DNA of 64,000 nt from positions 89,322,778 to 89,386,777 of the forward strand of contig NC_068982.1 in assembly GCF_001194135.2 (NCBI RefSeq). The letters are read 5' to 3'. This DNA is from Octopus bimaculoides. Its lineage: Eukaryota. Below are positions 51,200 to 63,530 of this stretch, in pieces. Positions within the stretch are counted from its first letter, which is position 1; every line of letters starts with the position of its first letter. The notes under the pieces are model-generated. The model worked only from the letters and a program-made list of their open reading frames with translations. It did not search any database and had not been told where the DNA came from. Position numbers and translations under genes: made by a program.

Positions 51200-51365
51200 A
51201 AGGTGACAAACTGGCAGAATCATGAAAACAGTGGACAAAATGCCTTGCAGTATTTCTTCAGGATCTTTACATTCAGAATTCAAATTCTGCTGAGGTCACC
51301 TTTCCCTTACATCCCTCCAGAATCAAAATAAAGTACCAATCAAATACTGGGATTTGTGATATCTA

Positions 51366-52241
51366 CGAGGGGGTACCCAAAAGAAACCAGAATTTTGCAA
51401 TATTTTATTCACTCAGTTTTACATGTTTACACTTTTATCACCTCCAAAATATTCTCTATTTGAAGCAATGCATTGGTCCACACACATTTCCCACTGTTCA
51501 AAGTAGTCTTGGAACTCTAGCAAAGTGATGCCTTTTAACACCTCCATCATTTTTTCTCCTCTTCCACATCTGCAAAATGTTTTCCTTTAAGGATTTTTCC
51601 CATTCGGGGTAACAGAGAGCAAGATCGACTTCCAACTGTTCACAACATGCATTCAGTCATGACTGCTTTTGATTGTTCATGAGCAAGCACAAATTTTGCT
51701 GCATCTCTTTTCATTGGCAATTCCTCAATCAAAATTCATTGGGAGGAGTTCCAGGACACACCAGTCATATCAACAAGTTCATCAATTGCTCAACAGTCCT
51801 CTAAGATCAGTTCACGAATTTTCATAATGTTTTCATTCATTCGGAGGATCGCTGGTAGCACTGAACAAGGCTGGTCTTCAAGCGACAAGTGATCATTCTT
51901 AAAGCATGAAACCCACTCGTAAACTTGTGTTTTACTCATGGCAGCATCTTTGTAAGCCGTTTGAAGCATGACAACTGTTTCAGCCACTGTTTTCCCCAGC
52001 AGAAAACAGAATTCCACAGAAGCAAGCTGTTCCCTCATTTCAGCCACCACAAAAATTGGCAAACAGGGGAGAACTGCAAACAAAGATGCACTACATGGCA
52101 GTACAACTCCACTCATGGACACCGCTGGTTGGCAGACTGATGCCTGAGGGTTGCATCAAGTGACTTCTAGCAGCAGAAGCCTGAACTACAACAGGCTCGT
52201 CCCACAGAGAACATTTCTGGTAGCTTTTGGGTACCTCCTCA
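51366..52241 (-). mobile_element. Internally deleted mariner element with both TIRs and TA TSD
   Basis: TA|CGAGGGGGTACCCAAAAG...CTTTTGGGTACCTCCTCA|TA. ORF 51790-52122 EFCFLLGKTVAET..VYEW..FKND..LEDQP is the mariner N-terminal HTH. Confidence 0.88.
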
Positions 52242-53458
52242 TAAATACCCTGCCCATCAAAATTGCTGGTGTATACCTAAATGAGAATCCAATATTTTGC
52301 GGGGGTATGAGTCGATCTCTAAGCACAAAAAGCCTTTCAACTTTCTATCCAAATTGGTTTTTGAACCCAATATTATCATGTTATTATTTATAGCTTGATT
52401 TGTGCTTCAAAATCCACTATTCCAAAAGAGAATTATTTCACATTCTCTAAGTTTATTAACTTTTACAGCAACAACTCTTATTATTCTCATTTTTATTTTT
52501 ACCACTTTGAAAGAAAGCTACAAATTTCAAGTATTGAAAGCCAATTTCAAAACACTGAGCTTTATGCAGGAGACAACTAAGGACAGAGATATCTGGTGCT
52601 GTACTGAAGAAGACCTGTCCACCACAGTAGAATTGATACTGGTGCTGGTGCCACATAAAAAGCACTCATGCTGGGACCATATAGAAAACACCCACTACAC
52701 TCTGTGAAGCGGTTTGCATTAGGAAAAGCATCCACCGTCAAACACAAGCTAGCATAGAAAACAGACATTAAATGATGGTGATGGTGATGATGAGACTGAA
52801 TAACATTGTTGCCCATCATTGAAAATTGTAGTAGTAACAAACAGATATAATTAAACTAATTGGCTTTATGATAATTGTAACTATTTTACAGCAAAAGTAT
52901 TGAAAGTATGCAGGCTCCTTGGGGCTGCAGATGACAAGCCATCACAGAGAAAATCATTAAACAAAACAAAAGGATATGTTTTTAAGTAACTAAGTGGATT
53001 AAGGTCTATTATATTTATAAACTATTATAATGATGGTTTCTAATTTTGGCAGAACAGCCAAAATTTGTAGGTGAACTATATAATCAATGGAATCCAAGAC
53101 TGACCTTCATAAAATTTGAACTCATAACCTAGATTAATGGAAGTAAATAGAATTAAAGAGGAAGGATGAATGGATGGACTGACAGTCAGACACACAAAAA
53201 GGCAGGCAGACAGACAGAGAGGTAGAAATACAGACAGTTACAGATAAATAGCCTCAATAATATATATAGTCACAAATAACCTGACAAAACAAAAACAGCA
53301 GTAAATAAAGAAACAAAGAAATTTAAGCCACTGCCAATTATTTCAGACTTAAAGTGATAATTAAGAAAACAGCTTAATTTCTTTGTAGTAAAAAAAAAAA
53401 AAAAACATGAAATAAATTTGAACTGGCAAGATGTTCAATATTATTGATGTTAACTTAC

Positions 53459-53555
53459 TTTGTCCATTCCTGATGCTAAAATAAGGAATGCAGCTGGTGT
53501 CTGGTGACCTCTTGGTGTCTGAGAAGATGGTAAATTGTTACACTGAAGAACATCT
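53459..53555 (-). CDS. M17 aminopeptidase exon (5' end lost in N-gap)
   Basis: DVLQCNNLPSSQTPRGHQTPAAFLILASGMDK|GTAAGT; phase-0 donor matching the last exon; start runs into Ns at 53556. Confidence 0.88.
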
Positions 53556-54129
53556 NNNNNNNNNNTTTTTTTTTTTTTTTTTTTTTTTTTTCATTTGTTG
53601 GGTCTGGAAGAGGGGTAGTACCCATGGCCATCAGTTTCTCCCCATATAGTAGTGAGACTGAAATCATTACTCCCTTTTTTTTTTAACCATAGGCTATGTG
53701 GTAAGAAGTTGCTTCCCAACCACATGGTTCTGGGTTCAGTCCCACTGTGCAGCAACTTAGGCAAGTGTCTTCTATTATAGCTTCAGGCCAACCAAAGCCA
53801 TAAGAATGGATTTGAAAACTGAAAGAAGCTTGTCATATATAATGTGGTTGGCATTTGGAAGGGCATCCAGCTATACAAACCAGGCTAAAGCTGACCTCGC
53901 CTGTGCAAGCGCCACATAAAAAGCATTCAGCCTACTCTGCTGGGTGGTTGGTGTCAGGAAAGGCATCCAGCCATAAAAACCATGCCAGAATAGACACAGA
54001 AGCAAGGCGCAAGCCCCTGCCTGGCCAGCTCCTGTCAAACCGTACAATCCATACCAGCATGGAAGGAGGACATTAAACGATGATTATATATATAATCAGT
54101 AAATAATAAATTTGAAAAAGCAGGGGTTA

Positions 54130-54700
54130 TCCCATAGTCCAGCCATAACTATCTATCTGTAAATAATTTCCTAGGTGTTACTTTAGATCTGGGCTCTGGA
54201 GCATACAGGCCCTATCATAAGCCAAACGAGAAGCTGTCTTATATTAACACAGCCTCCTGCCACCCACTAGAATCGTCAAGAACCTAGTGAAGGGTGTAAG
54301 AAAAAGGATCTTGAATCTATCATCTAGCCAAAATATCTTCAACATCACTACCCACTACTGCAACGAGGCACTGGCATCGAGTCGGTTTAAGGACTGCATC
54401 TCCTGCATGCCAGGCCCTAGGACCCAGAAAAGGAAGTGCTGCAAAAACATTGTTTGGTTTGCCCCACCCTTCTTACTTAACATCAAGACTTGTGTGAGAA
54501 GGATTTTCCTTAGATTAATAGATAAGCATTTTACACACACACATCGACATACAGGCATTTATTTAACAGGCACAACCTAAGAGTCTCCTTTAGTTGTGCA
54601 TCTAACATAAAAAGCATTTTAACAAGCACCCACAAAACAAGGGAGAAGGCTGATGAGAGGCTGAAGGAGTCGTCTATGAAGCTACAGTGTCACCTAGATC
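54130..54700 (+). mobile_element. Penelope-like element fragment (RT C-terminus/linker), intronic
   Basis: NFLGVTLDL..YRPYHKPNEKLSYIN..HP, then KRILNLSS..IFN..KNIVWFAPPF..FLRLIDKHF. Confidence 0.8.
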
Positions 54701-55599
54701 TGGTATCTGCATTACCAGCAATGTACCATCCAACAGCAACAATAGCAGATTAACTAGTTCTTACACCAGTATAACCACCACAGCCAGAGACGATGACTAG
54801 TCTGGGACCAATGACACAGAGAAGGTAATCGATGACAGCAGCACCACCACCACAGACGATGATGGAACAATTATCATCAACACCCATGAAGAGACTGGCC
54901 TCACACCATGTTACCACCATCCACACCCACACTTAATACCAGCAGCATCATTGCCAACCATATGACCAGAAATGATAACCACGGAGATAAAACTGCTGGA
55001 TCATTGCATCATAACAACATCAGCAATAGTCTTACCAACAGCATCACCACACCCAGAGACTACCAGAGATATACTAGGAGTGCAAATATAGTCACCTCCC
55101 AAGTTTCTAAATATATCGAATCAGCCAGTACATCTTTCATATGACACTTCTGCAACCACCAGTCATCCTTCAGAGTACCAGAAAGAGGTTTTGTTACATC
55201 CCTAGCCAGCCATATGTGGCACCTCAAAGATCAAGGGACCTCATGTGATATCAGGTGGAAAATAATAGAACATCCAGGCTCATATATTAATGGGAGTGGC
55301 CGTTGCAAAATTTGCATTGCGGAGAGAACCAAAATTCTTAAGGACTGTGCTAAACCTGGTTGCATTAAATAGTTGCAAAGAAATTTTCTCTAAATATGTC
55401 CGTTTCAGGCACTACCTACTGGAAAACTGGATCTCTCAATTTGCTGGTTAGGCTATTAAGAGTCTGTAAAGAACTTTTATCCTCTCCTCCAGGGGTGATA
55501 ACTCGTCCTCTTTAACGTTTTAAATCTCATTATCCTAGCGTTTTGTCATGTCTGCAAGATAGAAAGTTAAATTTTGTCTTTGTATAGAGTCTGATGAGC

Positions 55600-55659
55600 T
55601 GCCCACAAGGCTGTGGCTTTCGTGGACGTGAAACCATTGGTAACTATGACCAGAACTTA

Positions 55660-55710
<51 letters not shown>

Positions 55711-55925
55711 GTCTTTCTGCCAGTGTTTGTCACACCGCCACTACTTGACAACTGGTGTTGGTGTGTTTGCATCCCCATAACTTAGCAGTTCGATAAAAGA
55801 GACCCACAGAATAAGTACTACGCTTAAAAAATAAGTACTGGGGCCTGGTTCATTCGACTAAAAATTCAAAACGGTGCCCCAGCATGGCTGCAATCTAATG
55901 ACTGAAACAAGTAAAAGATAAAAGA
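55600..55925 (+). mobile_element. Family-B SINE with internal (TG)n
   Basis: CTTGACAACTGGTGTTGGTGTGTTT..TAACTTAGCAGTTCG..GAATAAGTACT..GAAACAAGTAAAAGATAAAAG. Confidence 0.75.
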
Positions 55926-56187
55926 TATATTTCTACTGAAATATTCTTGTTTTCAAATAATTTTTAAAACAAGGAAAACGTTCATAAAATTATTTTGTCA
56001 TTATTAAAATGATATTTGGAACAAAATCACATGAAATTTTGATGAAAGATTTTAATTTAGATAACTTTAGTATTTCATCATTTAGATAGGGATGATCAAT
56101 AACTACTTGCCAATATAATAGACTAAACCCCTCAACAAAATTTCTAACAAGGTGTTTATCTTATAAACCATTATTATTATTATTAAT

Positions 56188-57066
56188 AAGGTGGCAAGCT
56201 GGTAGATTTGTTAGCATGATGGATGAAATACTTTGCGGTATTTTGCCCGTTGCTACATCCCAAGTTCAGCAGAGGTCGACTTTGTTCTTCATCCTTTCAG
56301 AGTTGATAAAGTACCAGTTGCATACTGGGGTCAATCTAATCGACTGGCCCTCTCCCCCGAAAATTTCTGGGTTTGTGCCTAGAGTAGAAAAGATTATCAT
56401 CATTATTATTAATAAGGCGGCAAGCTAGCAGAATTGTTAGCCTGCTGGACAAAATGATTTGCGGTATTTTGCCTGTTGCTACATTCCGAGTTCAAATTCT
56501 GCAGAGGTCAACTTTGCTTTTCATCCTTTCAGGGTCAATGAATTAAGTACCAGTGAAACATCGGGGTCAATGTAATCAACTATCCCCCTCCTCTAAAATT
56601 TCAAGCCTTGTGCCTTTAGTAGAAAGAATGATCAATTACTAATTATGATTATCATTACTAAGGAGACAAGCTACTAGAATTGTTAGCACGTTAGGCAAAA
56701 TGCTTAGGGGCATTTCATCTGTCTTCACATTCTGAGTTCAACTTTGCCTTTCATCCTTTCAGGGTTAATAAAATAAGTACCAGTTGAACACTGGGGTCAA
56801 TGATATCGACTTACCCCTTCCCCAAACTTTCAGACCTTGTACCAAAATTTGAAACCATTATTATTATAGGTGGTGGACTGGCAAAATCATTAGTCACACA
56901 AAATGGTTAGTGGTATTTCTTCCTGATCTTTATATTCTCAGTTCTAATACCATTGAAATTAATTTTGCCTTTCAATCCACCAAGATTGGTAAAACAAAAT
57001 ACCATTCTATCACTGGAGTCAATGGTAACAACTTGTCTTCAAAATTGTTGTCCTTGTGCCTAAATC
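56188..57066 (+). mobile_element. Head-to-tail array of four family-A SINEs
   Basis: Units start near 56188, 56414, 56660 and 56868, each preceded by an (ATT)n-type spacer. Confidence 0.82.
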
Positions 57067-58385
57067 AGAAGCATTATTCAGTCTCAGGAAATTAAAAGTT
57101 CTCATAAGTCTTGCAGATTTTCTCAGATGGCAGGTCTATTCCCTTCAAAAGATAAGTCTGTAAACCACTGAATATAATAGGAGGGGGTTTGTTGGTACTC
57201 TCTGCAGACTGACATTCAAGGTCACCAATCCAAGCAAATAAAATACTCTAAAATTATATACTCTTCCCATTATTTAGCAGTGAGCTGGATCCAATTCATG
57301 GTACCAATTGATGGCTGTACTTTTGAACATGGAACTTGCAGCTTGTAGTTCTTAACAGAAAGGCACATGCAAGAGGATGCATTTTGTATCTTTTGAATTA
57401 AGCATTTTATACAATGTGCCTTGATTACATTAGGAACAGGTACTAGAATTTCAGAGTAAGTTCTGATGCTTCAGAATCCAAAAAGATAAATAATGTGCCC
57501 ATGATCCCCAAGGGATTAATGAAAATATTAGAGCAACAAAGTTAACTAAACAAAATACACTGATGTTTATTTTGCTGACAGAACAACCTTTACATACTTC
57601 ATGGCACTGTTTTGTGCAATTTTGTGACTGGCCACAGAGGCTTGAATTTAAAAGAGATAAAATTATTTAGGGTAAGAAAACTGACACCAAATCACAAACT
57701 TCTGATCTTTGATCGAAGACAGCAGAAAAAGGAAAACAACGATGTTAAGTTAAGAAATCAAATATTTCTTAAGTGTCACATTTTTCTACCTTAAACAGAG
57801 TTGAGTAACTAAGGCAGAAACTGGACCCATCAATGGCAATCACTAAAAGTCTTATTTGAAGCAACATCCTTGCCTTTTCAAGCTTTTCATTCTTCCTGAA
57901 TGAGTAAACTAGATGTACCAGTCTAGTTTAGGGAATAGGCAGTGATTAGATAGCCTATATGAAACCCCAAATTCATGGGGTCTTGTCACTGTCAAATTAT
58001 TCAAATTATTTCAATACAGAATTCTTTATATATGCTTCCAAGTTCAATACCTCTACTTGATCTTTGAGTGTGTTTAACAGTATACTCTAATCTAGCATTT
58101 GAACAAGACACTGGTTCCCACTCTATTCACAGCTTTCCTGTGAAACAGCACATAACAGATATTCAAGTTAAGTAGTGACTGCAACAGTTTTAGCAGTTTG
58201 AGAGGATGTATAAGAGTGATGAACACCACTCCTGTCCACCAAGACTAACTTATGAAAAAAAAAAACTAAAAACAACTGAAGTCTAAAAGGAGCACTGTGG
58301 AAATTGAAAGGTTTTGTTAGGTTTTCTTCTTTCAGTTGAAATAGGAGATGAGGGAACGAAGATGGTAAGATAGATAAAATTTTAC

Positions 58386-58493
58386 CTCACGGCGGATGTT
58401 CGAAATTTCAAATAAATCTCCAATTGAATGTCCAACTTCCTGGAGATTTTGAGACATCTTCTTCTTCTTGGCTGGGCCATTATCCATGATTGC
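58386..58493 (-). CDS. M17 aminopeptidase internal exon
   Basis: CAG|AIMDNGPAKKKKMSQNLQEVGHSIGDLFEISNIRRE|GT; 108 nt, phase 0-0. Confidence 0.88.
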
Positions 58494-58747
58494 CTGTAGA
58501 GATAAAAACATAAGAGTGGAGTAACTTTCAGAGTGTTGAAGGGTAAAAAATAGAAAAAACATAGCAGTAACTATTGAATCAGAAAATGTGTTTCTTTCAA
58601 TACAATGTAAAGCTTTTATAAAAGCAAGACATGGTTGCCCAGACTGACTTCAGTACCTTACATGTACTTCTTTTACTTGAGCTGGGAGCAATTAAAAGTA
58701 AAAATAAATTGAAGTCAAAATTAAACATTCAAAGAAGGCAGCAACAA

Positions 58748-59762
58748 CCAGGTAGAGTCGAAAGTTTTTTGGGGATTTTCAATGATGTTTACAATTTGTA
58801 TTCCCATGTTATACCATTAACTTGATACAACTTGTCTAATTAGAGCCATTTTATACTACCTGTGGGAAAAAAAGACCAAGTGCAAGGACAGCAGCAAAAG
58901 AAATTAATGATGTGGAAGACCAAGGAACTGTCACAGAAGAAGCAGTACAAAACTGGCTCACATACTTCAATGTAGGTGACATCAGCCTCGAAGACAAACC
59001 AAAGTCAAAGAGACCTTCAGTTGTGGAAGACGACGCTTTACTTGAAATAGTTAACAAGTACTCCTAAGCACAAGTACTCCTACATTCTCAGGAGAACTTG
59101 GTTCTTCAAAAAGCAGTGTCGAACACCACCACCATAAGATCAACCTTATGAACAGACAATCAACAAATGAACATTTGCAAATAACTGCTGGCAAATCTGC
59201 AAGAGTTTGAACAGAAGGTCATGTGTGTTTGGTGGAATTTCAAGAGGGTGTTCCACTTTAGGCTTGTCCCAGGCAGTCATGCTGTGAACCCTAACTTTTG
59301 TGCTCAACAACTGCAGCAAGTACATGTTGCTTTGAAAGCCCACTGCCTGACGTTGGTCAACTGAACGTGCACACACCTACACCATGACAATGCCCAAGTA
59401 CACACTGCAAATGCAACCAACTGGAGGAAGTTGAGAGACTGGAAGTGCTGCCTCACCCTGACAACAATCCAGATCTTGTACCATCAGGTTACCACTTTTT
59501 CAAAAGCATGTTGCTTTTCCTGAACAGACAGGAGTTCAACAATGTGGATGAAGTTGAAAATGGATACAGAGAGTTTTTTGCCTCTAAACCAGCCAAATGG
59601 TATATGAATGGAATTGAGCTTCAGGAACAATGATGGCAACAGACAATAGAATATGACAGGATATATTTTGATGAATAAATGCTTTCCATGTGTAATTTGT
59701 TTGAAATATTAATTAAAGCTTGAAATATGAAAAAAAACAAAAAAACTTTTGACTAAACTTGG
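58748..59762 (+). mobile_element. Decayed mariner element with both TIRs
   Basis: TIRs CCAGGTAGAGTCGAAAGTTTTTTG and CAAAAAAACTTTTGACTAAACTTGG|TA; GDISLEDKPKSKRP, HDNA and LPHPDNNPDLVPSGYHFF (YSPDL-like). Confidence 0.82.
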
Positions 59763-60369
59763 TAAATAACAAAAGACATTTAATCCAAGAACTCAGTATC
59801 AGTTTTTTTGTTAACTTATTCAGAATAGGAGTTTTTACAACAGAACCTGACGGAAGCTACAAACATGTTTTGTGGTGAAAGCAGGCACCAACTAGATGTA
59901 AGGAAACATGACAACAGAATAAGAATATAGGTAAAAGATAGATGCAGAAAGAGAGTAGGAAAGAATTATATAACTAAGACAAGCTGGGTGACAAGTGTAC
60001 ATAACTTGAAGGGAAGCGAAAAGCAGGTTTGTTAGTGTTCTGCAATGAGAGTAAGTGGAGTGGAAAGTATTTTGGATTGTGAAGCAGTATGTCAGGGCAA
60101 ATCTAGATGTAGTTGGGGAATAGCACACTTAACCTTACTAATGTTGATAAAGAAGAGGATTAAAAATGTTATAAGAAACTGTGGCATGCAGAAAATATAA
60201 GTGAGAGAAAAAAGGAAATACTACCAAGTGTACTTACAGAAGGATTAGCAATTGAATTGGACAGCTTTATGGTTAAAATGGCCATAATGGATATGCTTGG
60301 GATGACATAAATATATTTGTTTAAAACTTAATATATTTTAAAGCTGAAGAAAAATCACATTTAACTTAC

Positions 60370-60453
60370 AGTGTAATCAGATCCCATTGCTAGTACAGCA
60401 TGGCCTGTGAGGGTAGCAATTGTGAAAATATGAGCATTTTTCACACCTTTAGC
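60370..60453 (-). CDS. M17 aminopeptidase internal exon
   Basis: CAG|AKGVKNAHIFTIATLTGHAVLAMGSDYT|GTAAGT; 84 nt, with the M17 ATLTG motif. Confidence 0.92.
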
Positions 60454-60714
60454 CTGTACAGAGAAAGAAATAGAAACACATTTAAGCAACAAATATTCAC
60501 ACATTTGAATAACAAAATAGTTAGCCATACATTTTGAATATATTTTGATATATAGTATAAGAAGCTAGGCACAGACATGGCCTGGAATAGACACTATTTC
60601 TGATTTTGCAGTTTGATGCACTGGTGTAAAGATGTCTGCTTAGCTCAAAATGTAATCATGCACCATAGAACTGACCAGGAGAGAAACATGGACTTATCAA
60701 TTCAAAGAGAGCAA

Positions 60715-61240
60715 CGTAAAGGAATGGTCTCAAACTTGATGATGGTCATATAAAGGACATTGTCACTGGAAACTGAAGGGGCTTCAAATGAAACAGTATA
60801 TCTGATGTCATGAATGGAAAAAACTTCTCCTTTGACACAACCCGTCATAATGATGGCTTCAATCACATAGAGCATAAGAGCTTTGACCATTATAGAGTTT
60901 GGGGGCATCCAAATTTCATAATGTGTGTGCTCCTACTTTCAGTTGCAGATTGTGAGGTTAGATACTTGTGGGTTGAAAAGAACTGAGAAATTATATTGGA
61001 AAGCAAGCAGCATTCATGATGTCAATTACATTTCGAACTCAATTGTATCATCAACCCGGCAAGTATCTGTTAAATGAGAGTGACATGATTATCCTTCACA
61101 ATATCATTTTTGGGAGCCAGGACAGCACATTGACAAAGCCACTTGTGTTTATAATAATTCTGTGAGAAGCTAAGAAACTTTCAGTAGCATTTCTTCAGAT
61201 GTGTCAATGACTGATGAACAATATCTTGGTATTTTGACAT
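60715..61240 (-). mobile_element. Helitron Pif1-type helicase relic (frameshifted), intronic
   Basis: Across frames: WLCQCAVLAPKNDIV, HNLQLKVGA, DAPKLYNG, VIEAIIMTGCVKGE, LQFPV..MTIIK, collinear with the Helitron RepHel helicase C-terminus. Confidence 0.75.
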
Positions 61241-61244
61241 CTCA

Positions 61245-61570
61245 TGGCTCAGTGGTTAGAGTGTCAGACTTATAGTCGTGAAGTTGTTGGTTCGATTCCC
61301 AGACCAGGATGTGTGTTCTTGAGCAAGACATTTTATTTCATGTTGCTCCAATTTACTCAACTGTAGAAGTGAGTTGCAATGTCACTGGTACCAAGCTGTA
61401 TCGGTCTATGCTTTTCTCTTGGACAACATCAGTGGCATGGAGAGGGGAGGCTGGTATGCAATGGGTGACTGCTGGTCTTCCATAAACAACCCTGCCCAGA
61501 CATGTGCCTCGGAGGGGAACCTTTTAGGTGCAATCCCATGGTCATTTGTGACTGAAGGGGGTCTTTAACC
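61245..61570 (+). mobile_element. tRNA-derived SINE, family D
   Basis: Head TGGCTCAGTGGTTAGAG..GGTTCGATTCCC, followed by CTTGAGCAAGACA..TTGCTCCA core. Confidence 0.72.
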
Positions 61571-61956
61571 TTTTGACATTTCTACTGACTTAATAATATG
61601 TTATAATTCCTGAGTGTACTGATTTCATTTTGTGGTATCACAAGTTCCTTTAGGAAGGGCATGAAAACCGTCATACATCTTAATCTTTTGACACCAGACC
61701 ACCTCTGGTTCTATGATACACAACTGTTCTGTCATGATAATACTATATAACACAGGGCCAAAAGTGCAATTTCCTTTCCTTTTTTCATTAATTTCCTTTT
61801 TTTAAGGTTATAAGCATTTCAACCCTAAACAAGTGATCCTATTATAAAATGTGCAAGCTCAATCAACACAAGACAATTACTCACAGATTTGGAGCCATGC
61901 TTTCAATATGTTCACCAGCATTCTGGTCTATGATCAAAACAAGAATAATTACAAAC

Positions 61957-62075
61957 CTGTTCTTTCATGTAACACAACAAATCAGCCATCACCATTCTTC
62001 CTTCAGCATCAGTGTTACCAACACGAACCCTGACATTGGAGCGAGAGGTAACGATCTCATCGGCAACATAGCCAT
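61957..62075 (-). CDS. M17 aminopeptidase exon with NTDAEGR catalytic signature
   Basis: TAG|AT-GYVADEIVTSRSNVRVRVGNTDAEGRMVMADLLCYMKEQ|GTTTGT; 119 nt, phase 1 to 0. NTDAEGR is the M17 signature (metal ligands Asp/Glu, catalytic Arg). Confidence 0.95.
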
Positions 62076-62139
62076 CTATAAAAGAATTGAAAGAATACAT
62101 TAGGAAAATAGCCAATAAAACAGTTATGAGCATCAGCAT

Positions 62140-62400
62140 CAGCATTTAATGCCCATTTTCAATGCTGGAATGGGTTAGATGGTTTGACTGGAGCTGGCAA
62201 GCCAGAGTGCTGCCCCAAGATCCAGTCATCTGTTTTGGCTTCGTTTTTACAGCTGGATGCCCTTCCTAATGCCAACCACATTACAGAGTGTACTGGGTGC
62301 CATTTACAAGTCACCAGCACTGGTCACAATTTCACTTAGCTTGATGTGTCTTCCCAAACACAGTGTCACCAGAAGTCTTGGTCACTTGTCACCACCTCCA
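62140..62400 (-). mobile_element. RTE-type 3' UTR fragment
   Basis: GCTGGATGCCCTTCCTAATGCCAACCAC motif shared with 45850 and 50050. Confidence 0.6.
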
Positions 62401-63039
62401 TGAAACTTGCAATATATATATTAAATAAATGCATATTTGTTACACTTTATTATACTCATAAAACAGGAATGTATGTCTATGTAGTTGTAGATCCACCAAA
62501 TTTCCCTTAAACTATACAATGAAGAGCACAGGTCTATAAATCTTAAAAGATATCATATTCTCTCCAGCCAAAAAAAAAGTCAAATTACAGATCAGTGAAG
62601 AAGCATTTAAATAATTGCCTTACTGTCTTAGAAGCAGACACTGAATAATGTAGTCCTAGATACACTATTTCAGAATAAAAGATGGATGGTCATAACTGAA
62701 CAATATTTGATTAAACAGAATTAAAAAAAAAGACTATAAAATTAAGAAAATTGATCAGAAAACCTTAATAAAAAGGCACTAAAATTCAATGTAATAATAA
62801 TAATCTTTAAATTTGTAATGTTATTTTAAATACTACATGTCTATCTTTTTGTCTGTTTCCTACAAATTCGATTATTCACAAAATTAGATTTTAAAGTGTA
62901 AGAAATTGTTTCACAACTAGATGCTCTTCCAAATAAAATGAGAGATTATTAAGAAAGTTAAATAAACAGTAACAAATAAATTGAACCTCACTAAAAGATG
63001 CAACAAACTGAATTTGGCTGGACAATGTGATCAGATGCC

Positions 63040-63530
63040 TAGCAGTTCACCATCATTTAATGTCCACTCTCCATGCTGGAATCTGATTTAGTATGGTTTC
63101 TATCCAGTCTGAGGATGTAATGGGTGCTTTACATGTGCCATTAGCATGGGTGTCATTTACATGAAACCAGCAACAGCACAGCTACAATTCCACATATACC
63201 ATTCGCAGGACGCTAGCAACAACATGACTATGATTTCACTTGGCTTGATGAGTCTTCTCAAGCACAACATATTGCAAAAGGTCTTGGTCACCTGTCATTG
63301 CCTCCATGAGTCCCCAACATCTGAAGATCACACTACCAGTAATGGCCACGGTTACTATTCATGGATGCCATTCACATGACACTGGCAACGGCCATGACTA
63401 AGACTTCACTTGGCTTGATGAGTCTTCTCAAGCACAGCATATTACCAAAGGTCTCAGTCACTTGTCATCACCTCCGTTAGACCCAACATTCAAAGACCGT
63501 GCTTCACCATCTTGTCCTATGTCTTTCTGG
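63040..63530 (-). mobile_element. RTE-type 3' end fragment
   Basis: Tandem UTR sub-repeats and a GRP/KTWD-like remnant similar to 46400-46480. Confidence 0.55.

Noticed and set aside
54700-55150. Thr/Asn/His-rich ORF 54908-55144
   Set aside because: Decayed CAC/CAT/CAA trinucleotide sequence inside an intron, on the strand opposite the gene.
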